From a virus (lineage: Duplodnaviria > Caudoviricetes): a stretch of 39,297 nt of DNA. Position 1 is the stretch's first letter; every line of letters starts with the position of its first letter. The position numbers and the translations under genes were made by a program. The DNA lies in the IMG/VR virus record IMGVR_UViG_3300007735_000711, positions 1 to 39,297 of that record; one strand, given 5' to 3'. Below are positions 27,036 through 35,052 of this stretch, one piece after another. The notes under the pieces were generated by a model. The model was not told the origin of the DNA and searched no databases. It saw only the letters and a list, made by a program, of their open reading frames with translations.

Positions 27036-27343
27036 TCATCAACCTCCCACACTCCGACTTCTGAACACCATGCTTGAATCTTGTCCATAAATTCCGACAT
27101 GGTTGGAACGTCCGGCCCCTGCTTGCGGTTTAGCCTGTGTGGCTGAGTAATCACCTTGCCGTTAGGTAAGACGATTTCCTCAGAGCCTAGAAACTTGTCC
27201 CGGAAATACAGGTCAAGCTGCTGTTTCGTCAGGTGGGTAAGCTTCGGGTGCTGAAGCAGGTTCCCAATCATGGCGAAATATCGGTCCCTCTGAGGATCAG
27301 AGAGCTTTTCGTGGCGACCGCAGGCAGGGCAGACCTTGGACAT
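27032..27343 (-). CDS. NinB/Orf-like recombination protein
   Basis: SDPQRDRYFAMI...FL...LPNG...MSEFMDKIQAW..E.GV. Confidence 0.65.
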   Translation of the reverse strand: MSKVCPACGRHEKLSDPQRDRYFAMIGNLLQHPKLTHLTKQQLDLYFRDKFLGSEEIVLPNGKVITQPHRLNRKQGPDVPTMSEFMDKIQAWCSEVGVWEVDE

Positions 27344-27503
27344 CAGGCAAATGCCCCCGCTATCAGGGCAAAGCCAACGGCTGCCATGACATTCATCATC
27401 CAAGGCGTAGTTACCTTGGCAATGGCCGCAATAAATTCAGGCACAAGCCATCCAATCATGGCGCATCCAGTAATAAGCATCCACGGTGTTTGCATGTCGG
27501 CTC

Positions 27504-27782
27504 CTAGAAGGGAATGTCATCGTCCATATCCAGCACGGCTCCGCTTGATGCTGGCCGACTTGGTGCGCCACCTTCCTTCGGCTTGTAGGTGTTCACGGCG
27601 GCATACCATTTCCCGCCCTTGGACTCCTTCACATCCAGATTCACCCACTCACCGTCACGGCTTTGTAGCCACGCCATCAGGTCGGCTACCTTGATGGAGA
27701 TGGACGCTTTCACGAAGTCCGGGGCGCGTTCGTGGGGGGGCTTTACCATCAGGCCGTTAGGAAATTCGATTTCGTCTGCCAT
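27504..27782 (-). CDS. Single-stranded DNA-binding protein-like
   Basis: Acidic SSB-type C-terminal tip DDDIPF; downstream of ERF. Confidence 0.65.
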   Translation of the reverse strand: MADEIEFPNGLMVKPPHERAPDFVKASISIKVADLMAWLQSRDGEWVNLDVKESKGGKWYAAVNTYKPKEGGAPSRPASSGAVLDMDDDIPF

Positions 27783-27784
27783 GT

Positions 27785-28450
27785 TTATGCTGCCTTTCTT
27801 TGTGTGGATTTGTTGTCTGCAAGGCGCATTTCACGGATGCGATTGCGCAGCTTGGAGTGCTTTTGCAGCAGTTCGTATATCGCGATGATTTCGTCATTGC
27901 TGAAGCCAGAGCCATAGACCACTTCATAAGCGGCTATCTCTTTGCCTTCTTCCCACAAGGCGACCATGTTATTCACGGCGTCAGCAATAGTTTCTTGCGA
28001 GTGCTTGTCCAGCAGTGAGAAGGCGTCATCGGTCGCGCTATGCGTTACCTTCGCGGGCTTAGGCTTGCTGGCTGCGTTGCCATCGTCATCCTCCGCAGGC
28101 ACTCCGCACATAGCCTGGAGTCCGTACCTGCGAGCGTATGTCGTTGCTGATCCGTAGCCTTGAGCGTCCTGCTTGCTTGCGGGAATCTTGATGGTGCTGG
28201 ACAGCCATTCTCCGGACTCATGCAGGAGCATGGTTTCCACGGCCACCCCGTTCTCGGCATCCTCCACACCCTGCATAAATGTGATGCCTGCATCGTTCAG
28301 CGGGCCTTTCACTGCATCCACTACGCTAGAAAGGTCGGCATACTTGCTCTTGAAGTGTGGATTCGTCGCATCCTTTAATGCTGCCTTGATTGCCTTTTGC
28401 GCCTTGAGTAGCGCGGGCGCTATTGCCTTGATGCTCTCGCTGGTTTTCAT
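27785..28450 (-). CDS. erf: ERF family ssDNA-annealing protein
   Basis: NPHFKSKYADL, LLHESGEW, QGYGSATTYARRYGL..GV..EDDDGN. Confidence 0.92.
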   Translation of the reverse strand: MKTSESIKAIAPALLKAQKAIKAALKDATNPHFKSKYADLSSVVDAVKGPLNDAGITFMQGVEDAENGVAVETMLLHESGEWLSSTIKIPASKQDAQGYGSATTYARRYGLQAMCGVPAEDDDGNAASKPKPAKVTHSATDDAFSLLDKHSQETIADAVNNMVALWEEGKEIAAYEVVYGSGFSNDEIIAIYELLQKHSKLRNRIREMRLADNKSTQRKAA

Positions 28451-28507
28451 TTTCTTGCTGCTCCTGTTCAAGTAAATATTGGCACTGCCACCAATCGGCA
28501 CCGCTTC

Positions 28508-28654
28508 TCATGCCGATTTCCTTTTGATCTGTACAACGGTTTTTTGTTGCTGCTGCTGTTCCTTCCGGATGCGGGCGAATGTCTTGCGTATGTCTGTGTT
28601 CACGCTTTTTGTGTAGCGAAACGCCGGATTAAGAATGCTTTTGCTCGGTTGCAT
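28508..28654 (-). CDS. Small conserved phage protein
   Basis: SILNPAFRYT..TDIRKTFARIR; AGGAGG RBS. Confidence 0.65.
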   Translation of the reverse strand: MQPSKSILNPAFRYTKSVNTDIRKTFARIRKEQQQQQKTVVQIKRKSA

Positions 28655-28834
28655 GTTTCCTCCTAGATAAACAACAGCACTGCGATGAGAGCCACCCACA
28701 TCCACGCGGGGGCTTCGGTAGATGGCTGCGGCTTCCACTGGCCTATACTCACAGCGTCACCATTGATGCGAATATGTAAGTAACGCCGCCCAGCAGCATC
28801 AGCCAGCAGATGAGGATGGGGAGGTAGTCGTTAT

Positions 28835-29245
28835 TCATGCGACCTCCCTAGCTGCCTGTGCCCACCTCGCCAACGTCATCTCATCGGGCTTGACCGCTAT
28901 CGGCTCAACCTCGTCTGCCATATAGCCCACGCAGTCATAAGCGACCTCAAGAGCGTCTTTCACAGCGGGGAGGTTGTCCGGGTCGCGCTCGTCATATTCG
29001 ATGCTCAGACCGGCTGAGATTGCGTCCAGAAGCTCGTAGGCTGTCTCGGCATCGCAGGAACGCGATACGCGGCGGATGAGCGCATTCATGCTTGACTCCG
29101 AATCAGCCTTGCGGGCCATGTCGCGGAGTGCGCTGTTAAGCAGGCCAACTTGATAAGCGAGGCGGGTGGCCGGATCGCTGGCGTACTGGTCGGCCTTGTC
29201 CTCGACCAAGCGAAGTTGTATTTCTGCGGCGGTGCTGTGGTTCAT
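28835..29245 (-). CDS. Hypothetical protein, first gene of the PL operon
   Basis: AGGAGG RBS directly downstream of PL. Confidence 0.65.
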   Translation of the reverse strand: MNHSTAAEIQLRLVEDKADQYASDPATRLAYQVGLLNSALRDMARKADSESSMNALIRRVSRSCDAETAYELLDAISAGLSIEYDERDPDNLPAVKDALEVAYDCVGYMADEVEPIAVKPDEMTLARWAQAAREVA

Positions 29246-29289
29246 TTGCCTGCCCTCCTAGTGCGCTGCGAAGTGCAGCGGATGAGAGA

Positions 29290-29332
29290 AGAATAGCAAG
29301 ACGCTATGGGCCTGTCAACAGCAAAATGCTAG
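29290..29332 (-). promoter_or_regulatory. PL promoter with two operators (OL)
   Basis: TTGACA (29318-29313)-17 bp-TATTCT (29295-29290). ATAGC-N5-GCTAT at 29293-29307 and a degenerate copy at 29318-29332. Confidence 0.85.
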
Positions 29333-29451
29333 ATAATTTGTAACAATTTCTTGAGGGGTGGTGGGGGAATGTTAAGAATTGTTGTACTTATCCGGCGATA
29401 ACTTACGTAGATGTAAGATTTCGTTTGATTTTTCCGACAATTGGGGGGGGG

Positions 29452-29811
29452 GTGAAGCTATTTTCTGAACGGCTGCGGGAATGTCGCCGCCGAGCGAGAC
29501 TGACTCAAAAACAACTTGCACAAGAATTGTCAGTCAGCAGGGATTCCGTTACCCGATGGGAGGGCGGGCATGATGTGCCAAGCGCCCGAATGGTTGTAGC
29601 CATTTCAAAAACGCTAAACGTCAAGATGGCGTATTTGGTCGGACTATCAAAAACCAGCCGCAGGGTGTTGATCACGCCAGCCAATGAGGAACTGGTGGAA
29701 GTATTTAACCAACTGTCTCCCTCGGCACAGGACGCGCTGCTGGAAACTGCAAAGGACGCGCTTCGGCTTGAGGGGGCCGTTAGCCGCAGGATGGAATCTA
29801 AAGACGGCTAG
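29452..29811 (+). CDS. Second XRE-family HTH regulator, convergent with cI
   Basis: FSERLRECRRRARLTQKQLAQELSVSRDSVTRWEGG..PS. GTG start at the end of a G10 run; alternative TTG start at 29425. Confidence 0.8.
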   Translation: MKLFSERLRECRRRARLTQKQLAQELSVSRDSVTRWEGGHDVPSARMVVAISKTLNVKMAYLVGLSKTSRRVLITPANEELVEVFNQLSPSAQDALLETAKDALRLEGAVSRRMESKDG

Positions 29812-30188
29812 GCGTGTTGTAGTCGCTTGTGGTGTTTTTTGAGGGGGTCCGGCGTGGCAGCGGATTCCTTGGAATAAATCCTATTTGCCGCCCCGAGAAG
29901 TTGGTCCCGCCCGTCCTCTGAAAGTTTGGCGTAAATATCCACGATTCGGGCTATAGACGGGTCTATTGGAACTGGCAAGTCGATCCTATCCATTTCGCCA
30001 CGATCTAGCCCCAGTTTTCCTTCTATCTCCCTGGCGAGCTTATCCCCTACATCTCGGTGCCTAGTCAGTAGCTGGCTGATGTGGGCTGCGTTCATTCCGT
30101 AACGACGAGCGAATTCTGCTTGGCTGTTCTCCGCTCGCTCTCGGATGAATCGGCGCAAGTTGGCAACCCTGATTTCTTTAGCGTCCAT
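29808..30188 (-). CDS. cI: CI-like repressor (126 aa, no S24 autopeptidase domain)
   Basis: IRVANLRR...SQAEFARRYG..AHISQLL...VGDKLAREIEGKLGLDRGEMD; divergent from cro. The track ORF is over-extended to 30380. Confidence 0.85.
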   Translation of the reverse strand: MDAKEIRVANLRRFIRERAENSQAEFARRYGMNAAHISQLLTRHRDVGDKLAREIEGKLGLDRGEMDRIDLPVPIDPSIARIVDIYAKLSEDGRDQLLGAANRIYSKESAATPDPLKKHHKRLQHA

Positions 30189-30272
30189 CGCTACAACGTA
30201 GCAAGTCGCCGCGTCCGCGGCAATTCGCAGCATGCTATTGACAGGCATATAGCTGGGTGCTATAGTTTTCGC
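30189..30272. promoter_or_regulatory. Divergent PRM/PR promoters with three OR operators
   Basis: PR: TTGACA (30238)-17-TATAGT (30261). PRM on the minus strand: TTGCCG-17-TACGTT. Operators ATAGC-N5-GCTAT at 30249-30263, with degenerate copies at 30224-30238 and 30198-30212. Confidence 0.85.
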
Positions 30273-30485
30273 ATGGACGCTCAAAACTACTTGAAAACAC
30301 ACGGCCGCGCAGCGGCTGAAAAGGTAGCTCAGTTGGCTGGCACGAAATACATCTACCTCTGCCAGATAGCCAGCGGGCACAGGAAGCCCTCTCCGAAATT
30401 AGCGAAGGCATTAGTACGCGCCTCCGGCGGAGAGATGACCTTGGAAAGCCTGCGGCCCGACATTTTTGGTGATGTTCATGCCTAG
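30273..30485 (+). CDS. cro: Cro-like (YdaS-type) regulator
   Basis: YLCQIASGHRKPSPKLAKALVRASGGEMTLESLRPDIFG. Confidence 0.85.
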   Translation: MDAQNYLKTHGRAAAEKVAQLAGTKYIYLCQIASGHRKPSPKLAKALVRASGGEMTLESLRPDIFGDVHA

Positions 30486-30539
30486 CTTAATGGGGCCATC
30501 AGGGGAAAGCGCAATGAGCAAGCGCGAAATATATCGGAG

Positions 30540-30746
30540 GTGTTCATGAGCATGCCGCAATGGTTAGCCCCGAAGCCGCCTCAATTCAAGGGGCAGATTC
30601 GCCGTCATCGTTCCGTGATGTATGAGCCATCCCGCGAGAGACAGTATTCCGACCTGAAGCAGCAATGGGTAGACGCGCATCCGGAAGCTGATTGGGAGCA
30701 GTGCCAGGCCGCTTTCCGCAAGCTCGCTAATAGGTGCGGTATCTGA
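30540..30746 (+). CDS. Hypothetical protein
   Basis: GGAGG RBS; LKQQWVDAHPEA; coupled to the downstream HNH gene. Confidence 0.55.
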   Translation: MFMSMPQWLAPKPPQFKGQIRRHRSVMYEPSRERQYSDLKQQWVDAHPEADWEQCQAAFRKLANRCGI

Positions 30747-31129
30747 TGGCAAGCCGGTCAATACCACACAAATTAAAACAGCAGATTTGGGCCATGCCTT
30801 GCGCTGTATGTGGAGTGCCTTTTGGTAGCCATGTTGACCACATCGTTCCGTTTTCTAAGGGCGGTTTAAACATCCCTGAAAACCTTCAGCCCCTATGCGA
30901 ACCGTGCAACCTGTTCAAAGGAAACCGCAGGGACAACAAGGCGATTCGTCAGCGCGTTTTACAGAAGGGCTTGAAGTACTTTCTGACCGCTACTTATTAC
31001 TACGACACCAGATGGTTTAACGACTACGACGGAATTAGCTATTACGAATGGGAGCGAACCCGTTTAGAGCGAGTTCGTTACGCACAAGATTTGTTTGAAG
31101 CATTCGTTAGGGGTGGAAGCAATGCGTGA
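30746..31129 (+). CDS. HNH endonuclease
   Basis: CAVC..HVDHIVPFSKGG...NLQPLCEPCN. Confidence 0.85.
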   Translation: MASRSIPHKLKQQIWAMPCAVCGVPFGSHVDHIVPFSKGGLNIPENLQPLCEPCNLFKGNRRDNKAIRQRVLQKGLKYFLTATYYYDTRWFNDYDGISYYEWERTRLERVRYAQDLFEAFVRGGSNA

Positions 31130-31880
31130 GTACGGATCAATCTCCCCTCGTTTCTGGATTGGCGAAACCGGCAAGAAACTGCGTGGCGATCCGGAAGCGC
31201 AATTGCTCGCCATGTACCTAATGACCAGCCCTCACGCAAACATGATCGGCGTATTTCACTGCCCGGTCCTCTACATGGCACACGAAACCGGCATGAGCAT
31301 GGAAGGGGCTTCCAAGGCCCTTGCAAGGCTCATCCAAGAGGGTTTTTGCACCTATGACGAGGCTTCCGAGACTGTTTTTGTGGTTCGGATGGTCGCGCAT
31401 CAGGTCGGGGAGAACCTAAAGCCCGATGACAAGCGGTGTCTTGGAATCAGGCGCGAAGTCGATCGCATTCAAATTCAATCACTTAAGCAGCAATTCCTGT
31501 CTTTGTATGCCGCTTCTTTTCATCTTGAAGTGAAGCCCCATGCAAGCCCCTTACAAGCCCCTCCGAAGCAATTAACAGGAACAGGACAAGAACAGGAACA
31601 AGAAAGGGACAAGGCAAAACCAGCTTCGGGCTTCGCCCTTCCGCCTTGGATGCCCGCTGATGCTTGGAAGGAATTCGAGGAACACCGGAAAAAGCTGCGA
31701 AAACCGATGACCGACAGGGCTAGGCAGTTGATCGTTGCGGAGCTTGAGAAGCTAAAGCCCGCCGAGCCTGAGGAGCTTTTAGCGCAGTCCATCCGCAACG
31801 GGTGGCAGGATGTTTTCCCTCTGAAGCACAAGGCCAAAGGCAGTTCCGATCAACGGGCGTCGGGACTGGAAACGATATGA
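31122..31880 (+). CDS. Replication initiator (lambda O-like position)
   Basis: ISPRFW...LAMYLMTSPHANMIG, internal QEQEQE linker, C-terminal AWKEFEEHRKK...QSIRNGWQ. Confidence 0.8.
   Translation: MREYGSISPRFWIGETGKKLRGDPEAQLLAMYLMTSPHANMIGVFHCPVLYMAHETGMSMEGASKALARLIQEGFCTYDEASETVFVVRMVAHQVGENLKPDDKRCLGIRREVDRIQIQSLKQQFLSLYAASFHLEVKPHASPLQAPPKQLTGTGQEQEQERDKAKPASGFALPPWMPADAWKEFEEHRKKLRKPMTDRARQLIVAELEKLKPAEPEELLAQSIRNGWQDVFPLKHKAKGSSDQRASGLETI
31533..31620 (+). repeat. Putative replication origin (iterons plus purine-rich strand)
   Basis: AAGCCCC at 31533, 31544, 31555 and a partial copy at 31566 (11-bp period), followed by ACAGGA/ACAAGA repeats, inside the initiator gene. Confidence 0.7.
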
Positions 31881-32290
31881 AGTCGGATCTTCTCCTATCG
31901 CGGCTGAAAAAGGTCCGCAAATCGGGCCGGGATGAGTGGACCGCATGTTGCCCTGCCCACGATGACCGCTCACCGTCCCTTTCGATCAAGGACACCGGGG
32001 AAACGGTCCTGCTTCACTGCTTCGCTGGTTGCCCTGCGGAAGATGTCCTGGCGGCTGTCGGGATGACTTTCGCGGATGTGATGCCAGAGAAGCCGCTGGA
32101 ATACAAAAAAGCGAACTTGCCTTTTAGCCCTCTGACGATGCTTCGCGCACTTGCGTTTAACACTCAAATCGTGGCGGTTGCTGCGGCGAATGTGGCGCAG
32201 GGCATAGAGCTTTCGATTGAGGACAAGGACAAGCTTTTTGACATAGCCGAAGAACTCAACGCATTGGTGAACTATGTCCGCGCTAATTAA
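31877..32290 (+). CDS. Primase-type zinc-finger protein (no TOPRIM domain)
   Basis: ACCPAHDDRSPSLSI...LHCFAGC. Confidence 0.75.
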   Translation: MKSDLLLSRLKKVRKSGRDEWTACCPAHDDRSPSLSIKDTGETVLLHCFAGCPAEDVLAAVGMTFADVMPEKPLEYKKANLPFSPLTMLRALAFNTQIVAVAAANVAQGIELSIEDKDKLFDIAEELNALVNYVRAN

Positions 32291-33212
32291 GCAAGCCATC
32301 AGCCGTTTTGAAGGCGTTATCGACGGCGATTCTATCGACTGGCGCAAGTACCTCAAGCCATCGGACAAGGCCCGCGTGGTGCCTGTAGAAGCCCTTGCTG
32401 AGCGTGGTAAGGCTCGCCTGCTGTTGGGGGCTGATGCGGAGCCGGGATTAAGCCTGCCGTGGCCTAAGACGCATGGAAAGGTTTTGATCCGCGATGCAAA
32501 GCTGGCGTTGTGGACCGGCTGGAGCCGCCACGGAAAAACCCAAATGCTGAAGCAAATCATGCTTTGGGCTATCCGCAACGATGCCCGATGTTTGGTTGCT
32601 TCGATGGAAGAAGAAGTGATTGAAGTCTGGTCTGACATGGCGGTGATTTTCTGCGGGACACAAGAGCCAAGCAGCGCACAGATTGACAAGTTCATTGACT
32701 TTGCTCGCGGGCATTTGTGGCTCTATGACCAGCAGGGCGAAGTGAAGTCAGACCGGCTAAAGGCTGTCATCAGGTACGCGACAGAGGAACTGAAGATTAA
32801 TCAGGTGATGATCGATTCTCTGATGATGCTTGGTGTTCCGCGTGATGACTACGAAGCGCAAAGTCTTTTCGTCGGTGACTTAAAGACCCTTGCAAAAGAC
32901 TCTGGCGCAACCATCCACCTAGTCGCCCACATGCGCAAGCGTGATGGAAAGGGCGGCGACCATGAGCCTGGAAGCCTGCATGACATTTCAGGCGGGCATG
33001 AGATTGGCAGCAAAGCTGATTACGTGTTTATCCCGTGGCGCGATGTTGAGCGTCTTAACCCCGCATCCCCGGCCTGCACGTTGAAGGTTGAAAAGGCTCG
33101 CGGGCGGATCAACTGGCTCGGAAAAATAGAACTGGACTGGCATGAAGGATCAAGGCAATTCACCCAAGACGGCAGAGCAATCCAGTACGTCGAAGAACCT
33201 ATCCCGCTCTGA
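32274..33212 (+). CDS. SF4 (DnaB/T7 gp4-like) replicative helicase
   Basis: Walker A TGWSRHGKT, ASME, Walker B MIDSL, IHLVAHMRK, ISGGHEI, VEKAR. Confidence 0.85.
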   Translation: MSALIKQAISRFEGVIDGDSIDWRKYLKPSDKARVVPVEALAERGKARLLLGADAEPGLSLPWPKTHGKVLIRDAKLALWTGWSRHGKTQMLKQIMLWAIRNDARCLVASMEEEVIEVWSDMAVIFCGTQEPSSAQIDKFIDFARGHLWLYDQQGEVKSDRLKAVIRYATEELKINQVMIDSLMMLGVPRDDYEAQSLFVGDLKTLAKDSGATIHLVAHMRKRDGKGGDHEPGSLHDISGGHEIGSKADYVFIPWRDVERLNPASPACTLKVEKARGRINWLGKIELDWHEGSRQFTQDGRAIQYVEEPIPL

Positions 33213-33333
33213 AAGGCGAAAGGCGATGCCAAAAACGACAGAGGTAGTAGACGCATTCCGCGAGATGTTCGGGGAGCCTGTAGCGATTGCAGCAGAGGAA
33301 GGCGATCACCGGATTGTGTGGGGTGCGTGGTGA
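33142..33333 (+). CDS. Hypothetical protein
   Basis: MPKTTEVVDAFREMFG...EGD..WG motif; start at 33142 or 33226. Confidence 0.55.
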   Translation: MKDQGNSPKTAEQSSTSKNLSRSERRKAMPKTTEVVDAFREMFGEPVAIAAEEGDHRIVWGAW

Positions 33334-33536
33334 TTAACTGGCAGGAATTGATCCTTGATCTTAGGCGGGCGGGGTTTTCGTGTGCGCAGATTGGGCGAAA
33401 GGTGGGCGCGTGTGCGTCAACCATATCCGGCTTGTGCTGTGGGCAATGGGAAGAGCCGAGGTACTCGCTGGGCCGTGAACTAATTGCGCTGCATGACAAG
33501 GTGAAAGCGGCGGGATTGATGAAGGAGGCCGCGTGA
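33330..33536 (+). CDS. Small HTH protein
   Basis: NWQELILDLRRAGFSCAQIGRKVG...EPRYSLGRELIALH. Confidence 0.7.
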   Translation: MINWQELILDLRRAGFSCAQIGRKVGACASTISGLCCGQWEEPRYSLGRELIALHDKVKAAGLMKEAA

Positions 33537-33637
33537 TGTTCAAGACTAAATGCTACTGCTGCGGCGCTGCGATAACCGAGCTTGTGCGGGTGGCAAGGGC
33601 GTACTGCTCGCCAGGGTGCCGGGAGGCGGCAGAGTGA
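33536..33637 (+). CDS. Small zinc-finger protein (33 aa; not in the ORF track)
   Basis: MFKTKCYCCG...YCSPGCR; AAGGAGG RBS; TGATG coupling on both sides. Confidence 0.55.
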   Translation: MFKTKCYCCGAAITELVRVARAYCSPGCREAAE

Positions 33638-34041
33638 TGTACTTAGCCGGTCAGGTCGTTACTCACAAGGAGCTAGAGGACGCATTCAAGCAGTCATTCC
33701 TTGAGTTGCCTTATCCGGTGAGTGCTAATCGTTACTGGCGGCGGGCTGGAGTGCGGCTGTATGTCTCGCCCGAAGCCAAAGCCTACAAGGAGGCCGCTGC
33801 ACTGGCGGCGAAGGAAGCGGGCTTGAAGGTGGCAGAGGGGCCGATAAGTCTAGTTATTCACCTGTCCCCGAAGAACGGCATTTGCATGGACTTGGACAAC
33901 TGCCTGAAGGTTGCCATTGATGCTTTAAACGGCGTGGCTTACCGGGACGATAAGCAGATCAGGAAAATTACAGCGGAGCGTTTGCCTGCTGACGGTGTGG
34001 GTGGGCTGCGCGTTTGGGTGATGGAAATGGGAGGCGTATGA
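33637..34041 (+). CDS. rusA: RusA Holliday junction resolvase
   Basis: LPYPVSANRYWR, DLDNCLKVAIDAL, DDKQI. Confidence 0.9.
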   Translation: MYLAGQVVTHKELEDAFKQSFLELPYPVSANRYWRRAGVRLYVSPEAKAYKEAAALAAKEAGLKVAEGPISLVIHLSPKNGICMDLDNCLKVAIDALNGVAYRDDKQIRKITAERLPADGVGGLRVWVMEMGGV

Positions 34042-34199
34042 ACGAAGTGCGGCACTACAGCAAAGAGCAGAAAGACCCGAAAGAGTTCGCCTGTGGGCGC
34101 AAGCCAGAGGACGGGGACGCGTGGAGCATTTATCCCTGGGGCGTGACTTGCCCACTGTGCAATAGGGCGCTGTGGGAAGCGGAGGAAAGGCGGGGATGA
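34038..34199 (+). CDS. Small Cys-containing hypothetical protein
   Basis: H..ACG...VTCPLC; GGAGG RBS. Confidence 0.55.
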   Translation: MNEVRHYSKEQKDPKEFACGRKPEDGDAWSIYPWGVTCPLCNRALWEAEERRG

Positions 34200-34281
34200 T
34201 GTGCGCCAGAAATCAAAACCCGCTAACTCAAATTGCTTTGGATATTCAAACAAACGCACTAGAACTAGTTGCAGTTCCGGA

Positions 34282-34318
34282 CTGTGGTTATATACAGTAT
34301 CGGTGTGTATATAAACGG
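34282..34318. promoter_or_regulatory. LexA (SOS) box plus a degenerate second box
   Basis: aCTGTggttatatACAGt at 34282-34297 and gTGTgtatataaACgG at 34303-34318. They overlap a TTGCAG-18-TACAGT promoter candidate. Confidence 0.75.
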
Positions 34319-34327
34319 GGCTGAACT

Positions 34328-34843
34328 GTGAATAAAGCACTTCTTTCATCACGAGTTACAGGGTTTCTTAAAGCAAATGGCTTGCTGTTATTGCGCCCAT
34401 CTCCGGCAAGGTTGGGGGAAATGCTGTTAGCCCTAGAAAGCATGAACAAGCCTTTGTATGACCGAGCTTCGCGGATGTGCGCGGAAAGTCGAACCAAAGC
34501 CCGCAAATGGGAATGCCTGCATATTCTTGCCGCTTTGCACGGAATTCGGTTAGTCCAGAAGGTGCAAGTCAAAAATGACAGCAGAAACTTTTATCTAAGC
34601 CGGGAATGGCGGGCAGTTCGATACAAGGCTCTATGCCAAAGCAGTGGGCGTTGCCAGTGCTGCGGCGCTTCTCCTGCTACGGGCACGGTGCTGCACGTTG
34701 ACCACATTAAGCCGCGATCTAAGTTCCCCGCGCTGGAATTGGACATAGAAAACCTGCAAGTTCTATGCGTGGATTGCAACATGGGCAAAAGCAACAAAGA
34801 CCAAACGGATTGGCGTCCGGTCCTTACGGTGGTGGCGGCATGA
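34328..34843 (+). CDS. HNH endonuclease with uncharacterised N-terminal domain
   Basis: FYLSREWRAVRY...CQCCG...LHVDHIKPRSKFP..ENLQVLCVDCNMGK. Confidence 0.85.
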   Translation: MNKALLSSRVTGFLKANGLLLLRPSPARLGEMLLALESMNKPLYDRASRMCAESRTKARKWECLHILAALHGIRLVQKVQVKNDSRNFYLSREWRAVRYKALCQSSGRCQCCGASPATGTVLHVDHIKPRSKFPALELDIENLQVLCVDCNMGKSNKDQTDWRPVLTVVAA

Positions 34844-35052
34844 TTCCAGAAAAACCAATCTGGCAGGACATTATCCTGACCATAAACCGCGCCGGGTTCA
34901 ACGACTCCAAGATTGCCAGGCATGTGGGGTGCCACTCGGCAACGATTGGAAACATCAAGAACGAGCGATTCCGGGACGTTAAGTTTTCCATAGCCGCAAG
35001 AATCCTCAACCTGCACGAAAGGGTGACGAATGGACATAAGGCAAGCACTTGA
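34840..35052 (+). CDS. Small HTH protein (paralogue of 33330-33536)
   Basis: IWQDIILTINRAGFNDSKIARHVG...KFSIAARILNLH. Confidence 0.7.
   Translation: MIPEKPIWQDIILTINRAGFNDSKIARHVGCHSATIGNIKNERFRDVKFSIAARILNLHERVTNGHKAST

Noticed and set aside
1640-31960. KOPS (GGGNAGGG) polarity converging on the dif-like site
   Set aside because: The copies I spotted are mostly on the + strand on both sides of the site, with no inversion at dif; explained by coding-strand G bias.
34196-34324. 42-aa ORF (MMCARNQNP...) spanning the LexA boxes
   Set aside because: It is ATGA-coupled, but AT-rich, motif-less and coincident with regulatory sites; more likely incidental.
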